64,000 nt of DNA from Octopus vulgaris (GCA_951406725.2 OX597815.1:135718001-135782000); one strand, 5' to 3'. Positions 1-12,941 are shown, counted from the stretch's first letter. Notes: generated from the letters alone by a model not told the origin. Translations and numbers: made by a program.

Positions 1-50
1 TATTCTGAAATCAAGACACATGCTGATAAATAGGTACACATAATTTTATA

Positions 51-51
51 C

Positions 52-117
<66 letters not shown>

Positions 118-145
118 GTGTGTGTGTGTATGTGTGTGTGTGTAC
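51..145. repeat. (TA)n/(TG)n microsatellite
   Basis: Directly visible dinucleotide runs. Confidence 0.95.
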
Positions 146-949
146 GAGAGTGGGAAACGTAAGCCCATCCTACTTTATTAATGAACCACCTGGTCTTTGT
201 TTATGTTGTGGATTTAGGCGACTGACTTCTAATTTTTGTTCACCGGAAGAAGAGTAGTAGTGACAGTAGTGAATTTCGGTCAGTTTTTTTTTTCATGAAA
301 CTTACTATCTTCTTACAAGGGCACAAAATAAAATATACATAAATGATGAAAGGTCTTTCACGATTCCAGTCATCATTAACCAATTTATCTTCACTATACA
401 ACAAAAATCAAATAAACAAACACTGATAATGTCAATCACTACACTACACGACCTACAATATTGTGAATTAACGAAAGAATTTCTATTGGATTATATAAAA
501 GCGTTAACAAATCTTTCACAGATACCTCTCTCCTGTTTTGAAGATGGATACATCGGATAATTTAGTCCCTGGTATACTAAAAGTCTTATTGGTCACAGCT
601 GGAAGGACATTGATCATATATATACACAACTAGGGTTGTTATAAACATCACCAACGTTAACCGCTACTTGTGTCCGAGAGAGAACGTCTGTATAACAGGA
701 ACATTAGTTGTGTGGGCACATCTGGGCGGTTGTCTGTCTACCTGGGCACCATAGTTTTGAGTAATGAGAGTGAAGCTAGGGCAACACCGTGGCTGTGTTA
801 ACATCAGTACAACAGTCTGAAATCACTTCTACAGTGCTACCAGCACAACAGTCAATCGTTGTTATCACGAACACGTCAATAACTACTACAATTACACCCT
901 TATATCACTAATAATACCAGAAAGAACACATCAGCAACATGCAATCACA

Positions 950-1560
950 ACCACTACTACTAAATACCAATATCATCGTCACGGAAAACAATAACCTTAA
1001 GTCAACAAAGAAACATTTAAATGATCACCTTATCTACTAGGAGAGCGAACAAATTACTTTTAAATTACACCCTGGCGCTTCGCAAAAGAGAGGATTCAGA
1101 ATGCAGAAATCGTTGGTGCTTTGTTTGAATAAAAGTGGGATGTTCGTGATTGGAATACTCTTCAACAAAAGGTCTTCTTGATCACGCTGGCCTGGGGCTC
1201 ATTAACAACAACATAAGCAGTCTTACTACAACAATTCTTTCAATAGATCAGGTCGATGAATTTAGATTTCATCTACTTCATTCACTGCACGTAACTATGC
1301 CTAAGTCGGAACCTAAAAATGTGGCCCCTTAATCTGTTTCTTTTTTTGGTCTTGTTTAATTTAAATTTTCCTATTTTCTCGTTCACCATTATTTTCACAA
1401 TCAAAACTACCGACGATTAGGTTGCGGGGTTTAACGTCTGGAATGTCATCTTTCTCAGATTGTCACCTGTTGAGAAATGCTGTCAGAAAAACGTTAAGAA
1501 ATTTATTCTAAAAAGGGTTAGCAATGGGTATGAGTGCTGAAGTCCTATAGATGTTGAAAA
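950..1560 (+). mobile_element. Possible highly degenerate Penelope-like ORF N-terminal region
   Basis: Broken frames read NLKSTKKHLND..LLGERTNYF*ITP and LSPVEK..FILKRVSNG. These resemble the PLE motifs NLS..LLSKGLNF.ITP and NLS.EE..IKPADKG, but the match is very diverged. Confidence 0.25.
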
Positions 1561-1740
1561 TTGGCGGTTTCGAAAAATTCCGTCTCGCTCGGTCGTACCT
1601 TGAACCGGGTCTGTTTGTGAGGCTTGGAGAGCGACAAAATTATTTTTACGCTCTCTCAATAAAGGTGTAGTGATTGTAAATGAAGAATTTGAATTCGTTA
1701 AAATTACGGGTAATTATAATAAACTGTTTCCACTATATAT

Positions 1741-2061
1741 AAAGACCCTCTTCGGTCATGAATGACCATGGGATTACATCTAGAAAGTTCTCCGAGACAC
1801 AAGTTCGGGCAAGATTGTTTCTGGAAGACAGGCAGTTGCCCAAGCATACCAGACTTGCTTCTCCACGCCACCGACGTTGTCCAAGGGGAAAGCAAAGGCC
1901 GATGCAGCTTGGCACCGGTGACCTCGCTACTCATATCTACAGCTGAGTAAATTAGAGCAACGTCAAAGAGAGTGTCTTGCCCAAGAACACAACCCGGTCC
2001 GAAATTAATCAATCTGACTATTGTAAAGCCTACGCTCTAACCACTGAGCCATGCGTGTTCA
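1741..2061 (-). mobile_element. tRNA-derived SINE (family E)
   Basis: Minus strand starts GCATGGCTCAGTGGTTAGAGCG (A-box) and carries a GTGTTCTTGGGCAAGACAC core. A homologous copy lies at 23886-24165. Confidence 0.85.
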
Positions 2062-2071
2062 TATTGCACAA

Positions 2072-2072
<1 letters not shown>

Positions 2073-2166
<94 letters not shown>
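2073..2166. repeat. (TCTA)n microsatellite
   Basis: Visible tetranucleotide run. Confidence 0.97.
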
Positions 2167-2415
2167 ATAATGGAGAAAGCTGCTTATCAATTAGGCATGT
2201 AACAATTATTAAAAGTACTAAGAGAAAGCAACTATTAAAGGGTTGACCGCCTGGAAATATTTTTATAAATTCATGTTCTAAGAAATTTCCTTAATTTCGA
2301 TTTTTCAAGTTTATTGAATTTTTAAACAGAAATTTCTCGCAAATTTAAATATTCATTGTATTTCGTTTTTGGATTTGGTTTGCAAGATTCTTTACATGAG
2401 TTCATGTGTTGAAGC

Positions 2416-2730
2416 ATATTCTGTTGTGTCTGGGGAGAGTCATTTTCTTTTTGTGCCTCAAAATGTAACACACTCACCGGTAAAATTTCCACCTATTTTT
2501 ATTTTTATTTTCCTAAAATTTTGGTTGCGTCTTACAACCTTTTCAATAGTCTTGACTCTGTCTGTTATTAACGTTATTAACGGACAGAGTCAAGACTGTT
2601 GAAAAGGTTGCAAGACGCAACGAAATCTTTAAGAAAATAAAAATAAGAAATAAGTGGAAATTTTACCGGTGAGTGTGTTACATTTTGAGGCACAAAAAGA
2701 AAATGACTCTCCCCAGACACAACAGAATAT
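2416..2730. repeat. ~315-bp near-perfect palindrome (fold-back), probably an inverted PLE terminal repeat
   Basis: ATATTCTGTTGTGTCTGGGGAGAGTC... is mirrored by ...GACTCTCCCCAGACACAACAGAATAT. The centre is at about 2573. Confidence 0.9.
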
Positions 2731-3081
2731 TCATTGGATTCACTGCATCCAATTCTTCACAAGTTTGCTTTCACTGCACAGTATTCAATTTTCTTTTGCA
2801 AAGTCTCTCACTATTTTAAAGTTTTAATTCGCAATTTGGAAAACCGATAGTTTATTCTATTAATGTATACATAATGTAAAAACATTATTTATTGAATGAA
2901 AAGTTTTAAAATACCCATAAAATTTTTGAACGCGGGATAGCTGTGAGAATAGCCTAGAAAGCTGGGTGATTACTATTAGAAGACGAGGAGAAAAAATATT
3001 ACCAACAAGTACTCGAAACTTGCACCTTATTCACAGTTTCCAAACACGCTGTACCACTAAGCCAGTAAATACGCAAACAAA

Positions 3082-3400
3082 GGCGGCGCGCTGGCAGAAA
3101 CGTTAGCAAGCCAGGCGAAATGCTCAGCAGTATTTCGTCTGTCGCTACGTTCTGAGCTCAAATTACGCCGCGGTCGACTTTGCCTTTCATCCTTCCGGGG
3201 TCGATTAAATAAGTACCAGTTACGCACTGGGGTCGATATAATCGACTTAATCCGTTTGTTTGTCCTTGTTTGTCCCCTCTGTGTGCAACCCCTTGTGGGC
3301 AGTAAAAGAATAGGTATTTAGTCTGTCTTTACATTCTGAGTTCAAATTCATTCTTTCGGGGTCGATAAATTAAGTATCAGTTACGCACTTTGGTCGATGT
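3082..3400 (+). mobile_element. tRNA-derived SINE family B (tail B1) followed by a partial second unit
   Basis: Head GGCGGCGCGCTGGCAGAAACGTTAGC, body GTCGACTTTGCCTTTCATCC, tail TTTGTCCCCTCT...GTGGGCAGTAAAAGAATA. The second unit restarts at GGTATTT (3313). Confidence 0.9.
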
Positions 3401-3469
3401 AAGTAGGTAGCAGAAAACCGCCGTTCGGGCGGTCTTTCTGCTTGTGTATATATATATATATATATATAA

Positions 3470-4560
3470 ACGCGGGTGTTATTCAAATTCTTTTATTTCC
3501 GACACAGGTTTCGAAGATATCATTGATATTATTCCAAAGGAATAAAATGATGTAAAACAATGTAATATTCTCTTCAGGGAAATGAAGAAATAAAACTCGT
3601 CAATAAGATATTTTAACAGAATAAGATGGATATGTATAGTGATGAACTGAACGCTATTAAGTTTCCTTTTTAGAAAACGTTAGAGGGCGGTTTTCTACTA
3701 CCCACTTGATAATATTTTCACATTCGATTTCCAATTCTAATAATTTTTGTAACGCTCATTTGCTTAGTAATTATTGCTTTCATTATTTTATCACTGTCAT
3801 AATCTCTCCTTTTTAAACAAGCATCACTGAAGTCCAACAATAGACAGAGCAGCAGTTTATCAAGTTTAACCTTTCCCCCAAAAGCAACATAAAAATTTCA
3901 ATTAAGCAGCCCATCTATAAGCTTTGCAGTGTGTATGTGGGAGAGAGAGTGGGGAGAGAACTTTGCAAACATTTAGGGATAGGAATAAACGTAACAGTAC
4001 AGGGCTTAATTTGCTATCTAAAAGACCATAATAATCAATTAAATTTAGATTGGTTGATTGTCTCCATTTCGTTCCCTTATGATAAAGGCAAGACATTCTG
4101 TCTTCTCTGTAATTGTGAAATATTTTTTATTCGCTTTTCTAAAAATCCTATTGTAAACACGGTTATAGAGCGTATTTACCGATGTAAACATTGGCAGAAA
4201 CACACCTTTAGTTCATATAAGTGATATCTGCCATTATATATAATTTAAACAAGGATTTTCCTCTTACATTTCACTCTCACTAGATATATCTTCTTCCAAG
4301 GCTTTAGGGTTTTATTTAATTTACATATCGTCCTATACTTTTCATTTATTTGGTTTCTGAATTTTTCTTTCCTTTATCCCTACTCTTTCTATATGCTACC
4401 TTTGACGTTATATTCTGTAACGTTTTTTTTTTAAAAACTTAATAGCGTTCAGTTCATCACTATACATAAGCATAATATTCTGTTAAAATGTTTTATTGAC
4501 GAGTTTCATTTCTTCATTTCCATGAAGAGAAGATTACATTGTTTTACACCATATTATATA
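3470..4560 (+). mobile_element. 5'-truncated Penelope-like element: GIY-YIG C-terminus plus pseudo-LTR, with an inverted pLTR upstream
   Basis: ORF 3931-4224 reads YLKDHNN..LDW..PYDKGKTFCLLCNCE...CKHWQK, matching the PLE C-terminal CxLCxxE...CRH signature. 3545-3685 is the reverse complement of 4418-4555. Confidence 0.8.
3495..3583 (-). ncRNA. Type I hammerhead ribozyme motif
   Basis: Minus strand: AUUUCC-CUGAAGA-G(long stem II)C-GAAAC-CUGU-GUC-GGAAAU. 6-bp stem I and an intact core. Confidence 0.8.
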
Positions 4561-4624
4561 ACAAGGACACTATATTTTTCCATTTTCTACGAAAAAACAG
4601 TTTTTTTGAAAATGTGATTAAAAT

Positions 4625-4905
4625 ATGATCTTTAGGGTGTTTCACATGCGATCAGAAGATCATAGGTTTCGATTTACTGACGGAGTCATGCGTTGTGTTC
4701 TTGAAAAAAACACTTCATTTCACATTAATCCGCTCAACTGTAAAGGAGTAACTCTGCGACGGACTGACGTTCCGTTCAGAGTAAATTTTGGTCACATACA
4801 CGGCATGGAAACCGGGTAGAAGTAACTCTGCGACGGATTGACGTCCCATTCAGAGTAAATGTTGTAATTTTGGTTACATACATGCCATGGAAACCGGATA
4901 ACTAA
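4625..4905 (+). mobile_element. Degenerate SINE family D with a ~75-bp internal tandem duplication
   Basis: AGTAACTCTGCGACGGA..CATGGAAACCGG occurs twice (from about 4747 and 4821). Homologous to the 48765-48997 minus-strand copy. Confidence 0.7.
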
Positions 4906-5060
4906 AACAGTTCTATATACAAATTGAAATGTGAGCTTAAATCACAAACAATTGAAAAAGTAAATAATTTTCAACTTTGTATGATATTTGAAACCTCGTA
5001 CCATCTAGAGAAATGATCTTTTTAAATGAGAAATTGTAATATCCTACTTATATTTTATAA

Positions 5061-5234
5061 GCGCAAACGTGACTGTGTGATAAGAAGTTTGCTTCCTAAC
5101 CACATGGTTCTGGGTTCAGTCCCACTGCGCGGCACCATGGGCAAGCGGTTTCCACTATAACCTCAGACCGACCAAAACCTTGTGAGTGGATTTCGTAGAC
5201 GGAAACTGAAAGAAGCTCGTCATGTATACATACA

Positions 5235-5318
<84 letters not shown>

Positions 5319-5525
5319 TTGTATTTATATATATGTTTGTGTCTCTGTTTGTTCCCCCATCATCGCTTGACAACCGATGATGGTGTGTTTACGTTTCCGT
5401 AACTTAGCGATTCAGCAAAAGAGCCCGATAGAATAACCTTGGGATCGATTTGTTCTACTAAAGGCGATGCTCCAGTATGGCTGCAGTTAAATGACCGAAA
5501 CAAGTAAAAGAAGGGAAAAAAGAAT
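5061..5525 (+). mobile_element. tRNA-derived SINE family A with internal microsatellite
   Basis: GGTTCAGTCCC B-box-like motif, GTGAGTGGATTT..GACGGAAACTGAAAGAAG, internal (CATA)/(TA), tail GAAACAAGTAAAAG. Confidence 0.9.
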
Positions 5526-5599
5526 AGAACCAATATTCATGGCCCTGGCTCATTCCAGGACCTCAAAACAGTTGCTCGATATGTCTATGCGACACACTG

Positions 5600-6400
5600 C
5601 AGAGTTTGTCAAGAATCATTTTCCGAATCTGCTTACTAATTTCCGCATAATCACTAGGAAATCACATTAATCATTAGGAAATCGGCATAATCACTTGGAA
5701 ATCACAAAATGAATATACTGTATCAAGCGCAGCAAAAAATAACAAAAATTACACCTAGAGTTTATCATTGCCATGTACAACGACACATTGGTCTTAATTG
5801 AAAACCATATATGGGTGGTTAGGACTTCGAACATTCAAGAGTTTATTTATGCAACCGCCTATGATACTCGTCATTTGGAACACTATGTGCACTAAAATAA
5901 TTTGGTCCAGGTTCCAGTCGAAAAATAAAAGCTTATACAAAAATCAAATTACTGATGACATGTAACTCGACAGGAATAGTTTTTCTTGGTGTTTCTAGCA
6001 GAACAAATCTAGTTTTGGCAAAGACTTTGTTCACTCAAACAGGCTGTTATTGCAAGGTTCTCATCTATAATTGCTGCAACTTTGCTCACGGATAGTAATG
6101 TGCATTCTGCTTTTAAGCATCCAGTTAACTTTGCACACAACGTTCAATGTTGACAACGCAGAAAGCTTTACAAACATTCATTTGAGACTCACGACTACCC
6201 CCTTACTATCTTACAAAGATAATAACATAATATGGGGAAGAGCGTTGCTTTTCTTTTATAATTCCAGATAGACTCTGCCAGTCATCCTAGAGGGTACACC
6301 TACTAATGAATGGAGAGAATGTTTCAAAGAAGCCTGTCTTTGAAGACGAAAGAGAAAAAGAGAAAACTTCATCGTTATAACAATATAAGACTTGTACTTA
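5600..6400 (-). mobile_element. Possible very old LINE reverse-transcriptase remnant
   Basis: Minus frames GIIKEKQRSSPYYVIIFV and IDENLAITA fall in the order expected for RT motifs QG..LSP and ADD, but are highly decayed. Confidence 0.25.
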
Positions 6401-6599
6401 ATAAACGTGTCTCAGTAGCCGACTGTGATGAATTTTACTTGTTTTGGTTTGGAGAAATTCACAATTAAACCGAATAGACTCTTTACTAAAGATTGTGGAA
6501 AAAATGACTTATTCACAATATACTACCGGAAAATTATCCTGGCTTCTATAAGAATTATAGAAACCAGAGGTGGATTTCTGAACGTGCCATCCTGGCTTA

Positions 6600-6950
6600 C
6601 AAACATTAAGTTGAAAGGATATTAATGCAACAATAATCATTCAACAGAAACCACCCTAATTCAGATGGCACAATATAGTTGACGTTAACGAAGTTGTTAA
6701 CTATTTAATAGAGGTTCCCAATTTTCCTCAGCCCTCTGCCGTCCCTTCTGATAATCTACAACCAAACGTACGATCATCCACTATGTTAGTACGAAATTTG
6801 GGCGAACGAGCACATCGGAGCAGTTCATGACTAGCTATCAAAACTGCGTTACATGTGATCGAACTAATCATTACAACTGGATATCCCAAGGAAAATATTT
6901 TCATTCTTATACCACATCCTCATTACATTAGATATGCTATTTCAGTTCAA
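6600..6950 (+). mobile_element. Helitron RepHel (PIF1-family helicase) C-terminal remnant
   Basis: Translates as NEVVNYLIEVPNFPQPSAVPSDNLQPNVRSSTMLVRNL..VIELIITTG..NIFI..DMLFQFK. This matches the Helitron helicase motif NYPTEFLNSL.PPG.PPHNL.LKVG.P.MLLRNL...FQFKR. Confidence 0.75.
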
Positions 6951-7341
6951 ATACCGTCCGTTTTCTTTGGAACGTTTTTTTTTCTGTGACTGTCAGCAGG
7001 TCTCAGCGGCATCCTATCAAAGTTACTCACTTTGAACTGACAATTGTTATTTTCCTTGTTAGATTTCTGGTGCATAGTCAAATGTTGGTTATACACATTT
7101 TCATTGATTAACCAAGTTGAAAAACAGGAAATGCAATCTGTCATATTTCTGTTGCTCAATAAAACACATTTTTGTTAGAATTACTTCTGTTTAGAATATC
7201 GTGTATCATTCCAGAATTTGAAGAAAATATATGACGTTAAACAAAATGATAGTATTTTCTTAAGCTACAAAATTAAAATTATCTATAAACACAACCTCAA
7301 AAACTGTGCCCATCGTAGAATCATAAAAACATCAACTTTAG

Positions 7342-7450
<109 letters not shown>

Positions 7451-7457
7451 TTTCAGA

Positions 7458-7625
7458 TTTACACGAAGACAAGTAAAGGAACAACAAGAAGGTGTATTAG
7501 TTTAACGCTCGAGAAGAATGGGAAAGTCATTGACGTTTTGAGCCCACGCTCTTCGACAGAAAGGGCTGAGAGAGAAAAAATAAACGATGTGAAAAAAACA
7601 TGTAGGGAGTAGCGGTTCAACATGA
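7458..7625 (-). mobile_element. Penelope-like pseudo-LTR fragment with variant hammerhead-like motif (7528-7563)
   Basis: Homologous to 48562-48762 and related to 26636-26846. Minus strand reads CUUU-CUGUCGA-A-GAGC-GUGG-GCUC-AAAACGUC. Confidence 0.6.
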
Positions 7626-7636
7626 TGATGGTGATG

Positions 7637-7681
<45 letters not shown>

Positions 7682-7822
7682 TATATACATACACACACAC
7701 ACACATATATATACATACATATATATATATACATATATACACACATATATATATATATAAATATATATACACACACACATATATATATACTTATACACAC
7801 ATATATATATATATATACTTAT

Positions 7823-7883
<61 letters not shown>

Positions 7884-7933
7884 TACATACATACATACAT
7901 ACATGAATACATACATGCATATATGTATATATA
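7637..7933. repeat. Compound (TA)/(CA)/(CATA) microsatellite
   Basis: Visible. Confidence 0.95.
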
Positions 7934-7934
7934 T

Positions 7935-8614
7935 CAGAGGCGACTCTGATGAGTCATGAGCGTCACTCAAGCTCATCACAGATTTTGTATAAGACACGTG
8001 CCTGCTCGAAGAATTTTCTCGTTTTTCCGCTTTATTTCTAGCCCCAGATGGCTTATCTTTTTTATATCTAGCACTATGACTTTTTCCATTTCTAAGTTGA
8101 GGGTTAACGTAAAGCAACCCTGCAAAACACAACCGAACTTTCCACACACACACGTACAAAATAACAACAATCAAATAACAACAGCATAGTGTACAACAAA
8201 CATCAGCGGTATGACTCTCGCCTGTACTCTTGACAAGAGATGCGAGTTAGATATATGCGCCTACTAGGCTCGTTCGTATTAGCCCCCAGTTGTTTGATAA
8301 ATTTTCGACCCTTTAGAACGGAGACTTTTCATAGATTGGAAGTTAAATACTTATCTCTGTAGAAATTTATTGCCTCAAGAAAATATTGAATTTGAATAAC
8401 TTTTAATTTTTCACGATTATAGATAACAACTCGTGAGATTATAGATAACAACATGTGAGTCCGAGTCTGGCTTGTCTGAACAATGTCGAGAGAACGTCTG
8501 CTACGAATAAATTTTTTGACACAGGACACTTCTAAGACAACGCTAGACACGTTTACTTTACTAAATTTATATTCGGGCTAGGCCCGAACAGCCCGAGTGC
8601 CGGAGTCACCACAG
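7935..8614. mobile_element. Possible non-autonomous DNA transposon (hAT-like ends)
   Basis: Imperfect terminal inverted repeats CAGAGGCGACTC and GAGTCACCACAG, flanked by microsatellites. Confidence 0.3.
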
Positions 8615-8616
8615 GT

Positions 8617-8677
<61 letters not shown>

Positions 8678-8679
8678 AC

Positions 8680-9100
8680 AAAGTGGAGTTGTAAGGTACC
8701 GCACGAGTGGAATTATATGAAAGAAGGTTTGAAAATGCAATTTTAAAAGATGTTTATTAACTTTACCGGTTTCGCTCTTTAGAAAAAGATTGTCAAAAGT
8801 AACATGTAAAAGCTTGGTTGTGTTAGTTACTGGTTGTCACAAAATACTACAATACATATATACATTCGTTGATAACAAGAACATGTTAACAACAGTTTAC
8901 AAGGGAAAATCTTGGGAAAATATAAAAAAGTTTAACAAGTTCATTAAAATGTTGGGCAGAAAAGATTACAACATATATATATATTCTCAAGAAAATGTTA
9001 AAGATAGTTTCCAGAAGGAATTATTAAAAAGTTCAGTGGAATATTGGTATTGTATCTGTATATATATATACACACACAGAATATTATAAGTTCAAAAAAG
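8680..9100 (-). mobile_element. PLE pseudo-LTR-like fragment with degenerate hammerhead (about 8758-8800)
   Basis: Minus strand: ACUU-UUGACAA-UCUUU..AAAGA-GC-GAAACCGGUA-AAGU, with palindromic stem III ACCGGU and a mutated core. Confidence 0.45.
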
Positions 9101-9149
9101 TTTACATTTTAATAGTAGGGTAGCTTAAACTGACCTGGTTCACCATGTT

Positions 9150-9793
9150 ATCATAAAATACTTTTATTAAGATCAATTGCACCCAGAAGAACGTCCTTGA
9201 CTTTAGGTGATTGTTCATAAAAAAAGCGAACAACTGTTGCTAAGATTTGTGTCACTAAGATGTCCGTACTCTCATCTATCAATAATGAAAACTTTTTTCT
9301 TGAGAATTTTCAAGAATTCGTTTCTCTCATAGTGTGCAATCCGTCTTGCATAACGTATGTTAATTTTGTTTTTCTTATTTGTATATTCTTAGCTATTTCA
9401 CTATCGGGAAATACCTTTTTACAAATTTCAACTAAGTGATTTATATGAATGAAAGGTACGTGATGTTCAGCAAAATAACCTGTTAGTAGCAAGACTGCCT
9501 TAGCTACTTTTTCATTTAATGTATCATCTATTTTTTAAAACAATAAATGAATCTAATTTAATGGCAGATTTCGTACAATCAAAAGCTTTCTTGTGTTTGG
9601 CAGTGTTTTTTTAAGCTAACAGCATTGATTTGTTAGCATTTTTCAACACAAAGTTGCAACAAACGCAGTAACAGGTGTCAGAATTTTTATCATCTTGCCG
9701 TAACCAATTTCTAAGCTCAGCATCCTCCAACCACGACTTCTTGAAATTTCGGGTGTACTACTTTCTTTTTTTGTACGCACTATAGTCTGCCAT
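9150..9793 (-). pseudogene. hAT-superfamily transposase N-terminal remnant (BED-like zinc finger plus start of catalytic domain)
   Basis: MADYSAYKKRK*YTRNFKKSWL..WL..CYCVCC; FAEHHVPF..HLVEICKKVFPDSEIAK..RKTK; FSLLIDESTD..VVRF. Contains stops and frameshifts. Confidence 0.85.
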
Positions 9794-10104
9794 TACTTCG
9801 CAAAGGGTTACAAAACAAAAACACTCACTCAAAATGTTGCTAAACAAATTTTAAATCGCTAGTAACAAATTGCTAGTAACAAATTTTAAATCGCTAGTAA
9901 GAAACCGTAACTTTTACCAATTTTGATGTATTTTGTTCAAGATTGATGCCAGCATTACTTAGGACTCATGGGATCTTTGAATGCTGTAAGTTCTCCAAAA
10001 ACAAAAAAGAAAAAGAAACAATCGATGAGTGGAAAAAATCGATAAACCAATTCCTTATGAGATTTCATAATCAAATTGTCTGCAACTCATTTTCAGCCAA
10101 AAGT

Positions 10105-10228
10105 TTACCAATTTCAACGGATTTCGCTCAAATTTGACGTCGATGTTACGTAGTTTGGTTTGTAATAAAGAGCTTGATTAGCTTAATAATCCTAACTTAA
10201 TCCCGAGCAAAGCCGCGGTATACTGCTA

Positions 10229-10230
<2 letters not shown>
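10105..10230 (+). mobile_element. Helitron-like 3' terminus
   Basis: GC-rich imperfect hairpin CCCGAGCAAAGCCGCGG followed by TATACTG-CTAG-T, the canonical Helitron end layout. Confidence 0.55.
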
Positions 10231-10269
<39 letters not shown>

Positions 10270-10395
10270 CAACAATTTAGATTCAAATGAATATGGTCCT
10301 TAATTTAGATGCACCAGAATTTTGAATGGTGTTACCCATAAGTATATGCGGGGTGATTATAATCAAAAATAAGCAACAAGTATGAATCCGGTAAT

Positions 10396-10481
10396 TTAGT
10401 ACAATTGTTTCATACTACAACATTTTATTAAAAGCTGTAAATATTACAGCAGATTTAAAATGCTAAGTAATCTTCAGCTAA
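10396..10481 (-). ncRNA. Type I hammerhead ribozyme motif within a PLE pseudo-LTR fragment (about 10267-10545)
   Basis: Minus strand: UUAG-CUGAAGA-U UACU..long stem II..AGUA U-GAAACAAUUGUA-CUAA. Palindromic stem III ACAAUUGU, GUA cleavage triplet. Confidence 0.8.
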
Positions 10482-10543
10482 TTTATATAGGTTTTTCAAT
10501 AATATAAAAGTTTTCAAATCAATTAATAACATCTTAGGGAAGG

Positions 10544-10596
<53 letters not shown>

Positions 10597-10969
10597 TACG
10601 TATATATATGTGTACGTAAAGTATATATATATACATATACAGATATACATATATATATATATATATACGTACATATATATATACACATACACACATATAA
10701 GTGTGTACATGTGTATATATATATATATATACTTATACATCTATTGATGAATTATTGTATTTGCTTATTTGACTTAACTGTTGTTCACTATGTCTCAGCC
10801 CGATACAATAACACCGCTTTTACGTTAGTATTAAAAATTCTTATTTGGTTTTTTATTGAAATTACTCAGAGTATAAGTACAGAAGCGAAAAATTATGCGA
10901 CATGGTATTCAACTATAAGTGACCTATATTCCGCGTTGGAGGGTTAAAAGGCAGGAAAAAAAATACTTA

Positions 10970-11195
10970 TACAGGGGTTGGACAAAATAATGGAAACACC
11001 TAGCATCGTAGCATCATCATTTTGAAGTATCTATAAAACCGTCAAAAGCTTGTTTATTTTTATGCTTTTTGATATTATTAGTGTTGCTTAATATGATTTG
11101 TTAAAATAGCTGTTTCTTTTCAGATATCATCAGAAAAAGGTAATTCATTAAAGTGACAGATCTAGCGGACTTTCAAAGAGGACAAATTGTTGGTA
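10970..11195 (+). mobile_element. Tc1-like DNA transposon 5' end fragment
   Basis: TA-CAGGGGTTGGACAAAATAATGGAAACAC terminus followed by the start of the transposase DLADFQRGQIVG. Homologous to 28073-28480. Confidence 0.8.
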
Positions 11196-11305
11196 TATCG
11201 GTATATTATTGTTATTTTGATTTTAATATTTCTATTATATGTAATTCTATAGATGGTGTAATTTAATTGTTCATTTTGAATTGATAAAATGTGGTTTTTT
11301 CTGAT

Positions 11306-11423
<118 letters not shown>

Positions 11424-11429
11424 CACACC

Positions 11430-12590
11430 TCTAACCTACTAGAGAAAAAAAAGCGAGCATCAATTTCATTGATATTACAGAAGAGGATGTATTGTCGGCC
11501 ATTGACTTGATAAACACAATCTCTGCAACAGGACCAGATGGACTCCCAGCAATTCTGTTAAAAACATGCAAGAAAGCTCTTGCAAAACCGCTGCAAATGC
11601 TTTTCTAGAGTTCCTTTGAATGCGGTACATTTCTTCAAATGTTAGAAAGTGAATAATCTGCGCAGTCCACAAAGGAGGAAGCTGCGCAGATGCTACAAAC
11701 TACAGGCGTTTCTCTCTCACCTCACATGTTAGCAAGATCATGGAACGCATTGTCAAAAAAAGACTGACCACATTCGTAGAAGAAAATGACTTGCTACAGA
11801 CACGCAACATGACTTCCGTCCAGGAAAGAGCTGCCTCCTAACATATCTACTACAGCACTTCAACTGGATATTAGAACAACAGCTCAGACATTCAAATGTT
11901 GATGTAATATATCTCGACTTTGCCAAGGCCTTTGACAAAGTCGACCATGGGATGATATACCACAAATTGCGTGACCTCGGTATCGCTGGTAGACAGGGAG
12001 CGTGGTTGCATAATTTCCTGAAGGTCAGAAGTTAAACTGTCATAGCAAATGGGGCTCTCTCCGAAGTGACACCAATCCTCAGCGGAATCCCCCAGGGAAC
12101 ACTTCTGGGACCACTACTATTTGTAGCAGTTCTCTAAGACATGTCATCAGCCATATGGTCAGCCACACTCTTCAACTATGCCGACTATACAAAAGTATCG
12201 CAGGCAGTCAAGGAACCTACTGACATCGTAAGAGTGAAGAATGACCTGAAGGCAATATATAAGTGGGCAGATGAGAATAATATGCAGTTCAATGCCGCAA
12301 AATTTCAAGCACTCCACTATCAGCCCACAAAAAAACTACCATTGAAGTACACGGGACCAGCAGGCAATGTAATCCCAGAGTTAGAGTCGGTGTGCGGCCT
12401 GGGAATGTACACGAGCAACGATGAAACTTTCCATGTGCACATTGCTCAGATGGCAAGACTATGCAGGTTGGATCCTTAGATCCTTCAGGATCAGGAAGAG
12501 AAACAAAATGCTTCTGCTTTGGAGAACCTTTGTCCTCAGTCATCTGGACTACTGCTCTCAACTGTGGTTACTACAGAGCTTAAAACTAAT
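11430..12590 (+). mobile_element. CR1-group non-LTR retrotransposon ORF2 RT remnant
   Basis: GPDGLP, NYRRFSLTS, QHDFRPGKSC, YLDFAKAFDKV, GIPQGTLLGP, YADYTK, W..NNMQFN, LDYCSQLW. Frameshifted. Confidence 0.92.
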
Positions 12591-12934
12591 TAGAAAAGGC
12601 TTTTATTTTACAATGTCTTATTGCAAACCGCATTCACAAATAAAGCGTCTGCGATGTACAGTAAACACCACCAAACTGTATTCATAAATTTAAATTCCTT
12701 TTTTTTACTGTACTGTATTAGAAAATAAAAATTATTTTTTTGTAAGCTTAAATAGGTTTTTATTAATCATGTATTATAGAAAATGCATTTATAAATAAAA
12801 TATAGAACTGGGAACGGTTATTATTGGTTTAGCTGAGAGACAAGTAAATTCGGCCTAGCCTAGCCTAGCCTAGAGACAAGTCAATTCGACTTAAGTCGTG
12901 TTTCCTGGAACCAATTTACGATGTAGCGTGAGTT

Positions 12935-12941
12935 ATATATG

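Noticed and set aside
4747-4790. TAACTCTGC...CAGAG, superficially twister-ribozyme-like
   Set aside because: Lacks the twister P4 and pseudoknot nucleotides and is explained as SINE-D sequence
7947-7985. CTGATGAG followed by a hairpin
   Set aside because: No GAAA or NUH half and no stem I. Similar orphan hits at 18913, 24298, 28558, 36965, 43198 and 46528 were also rejected
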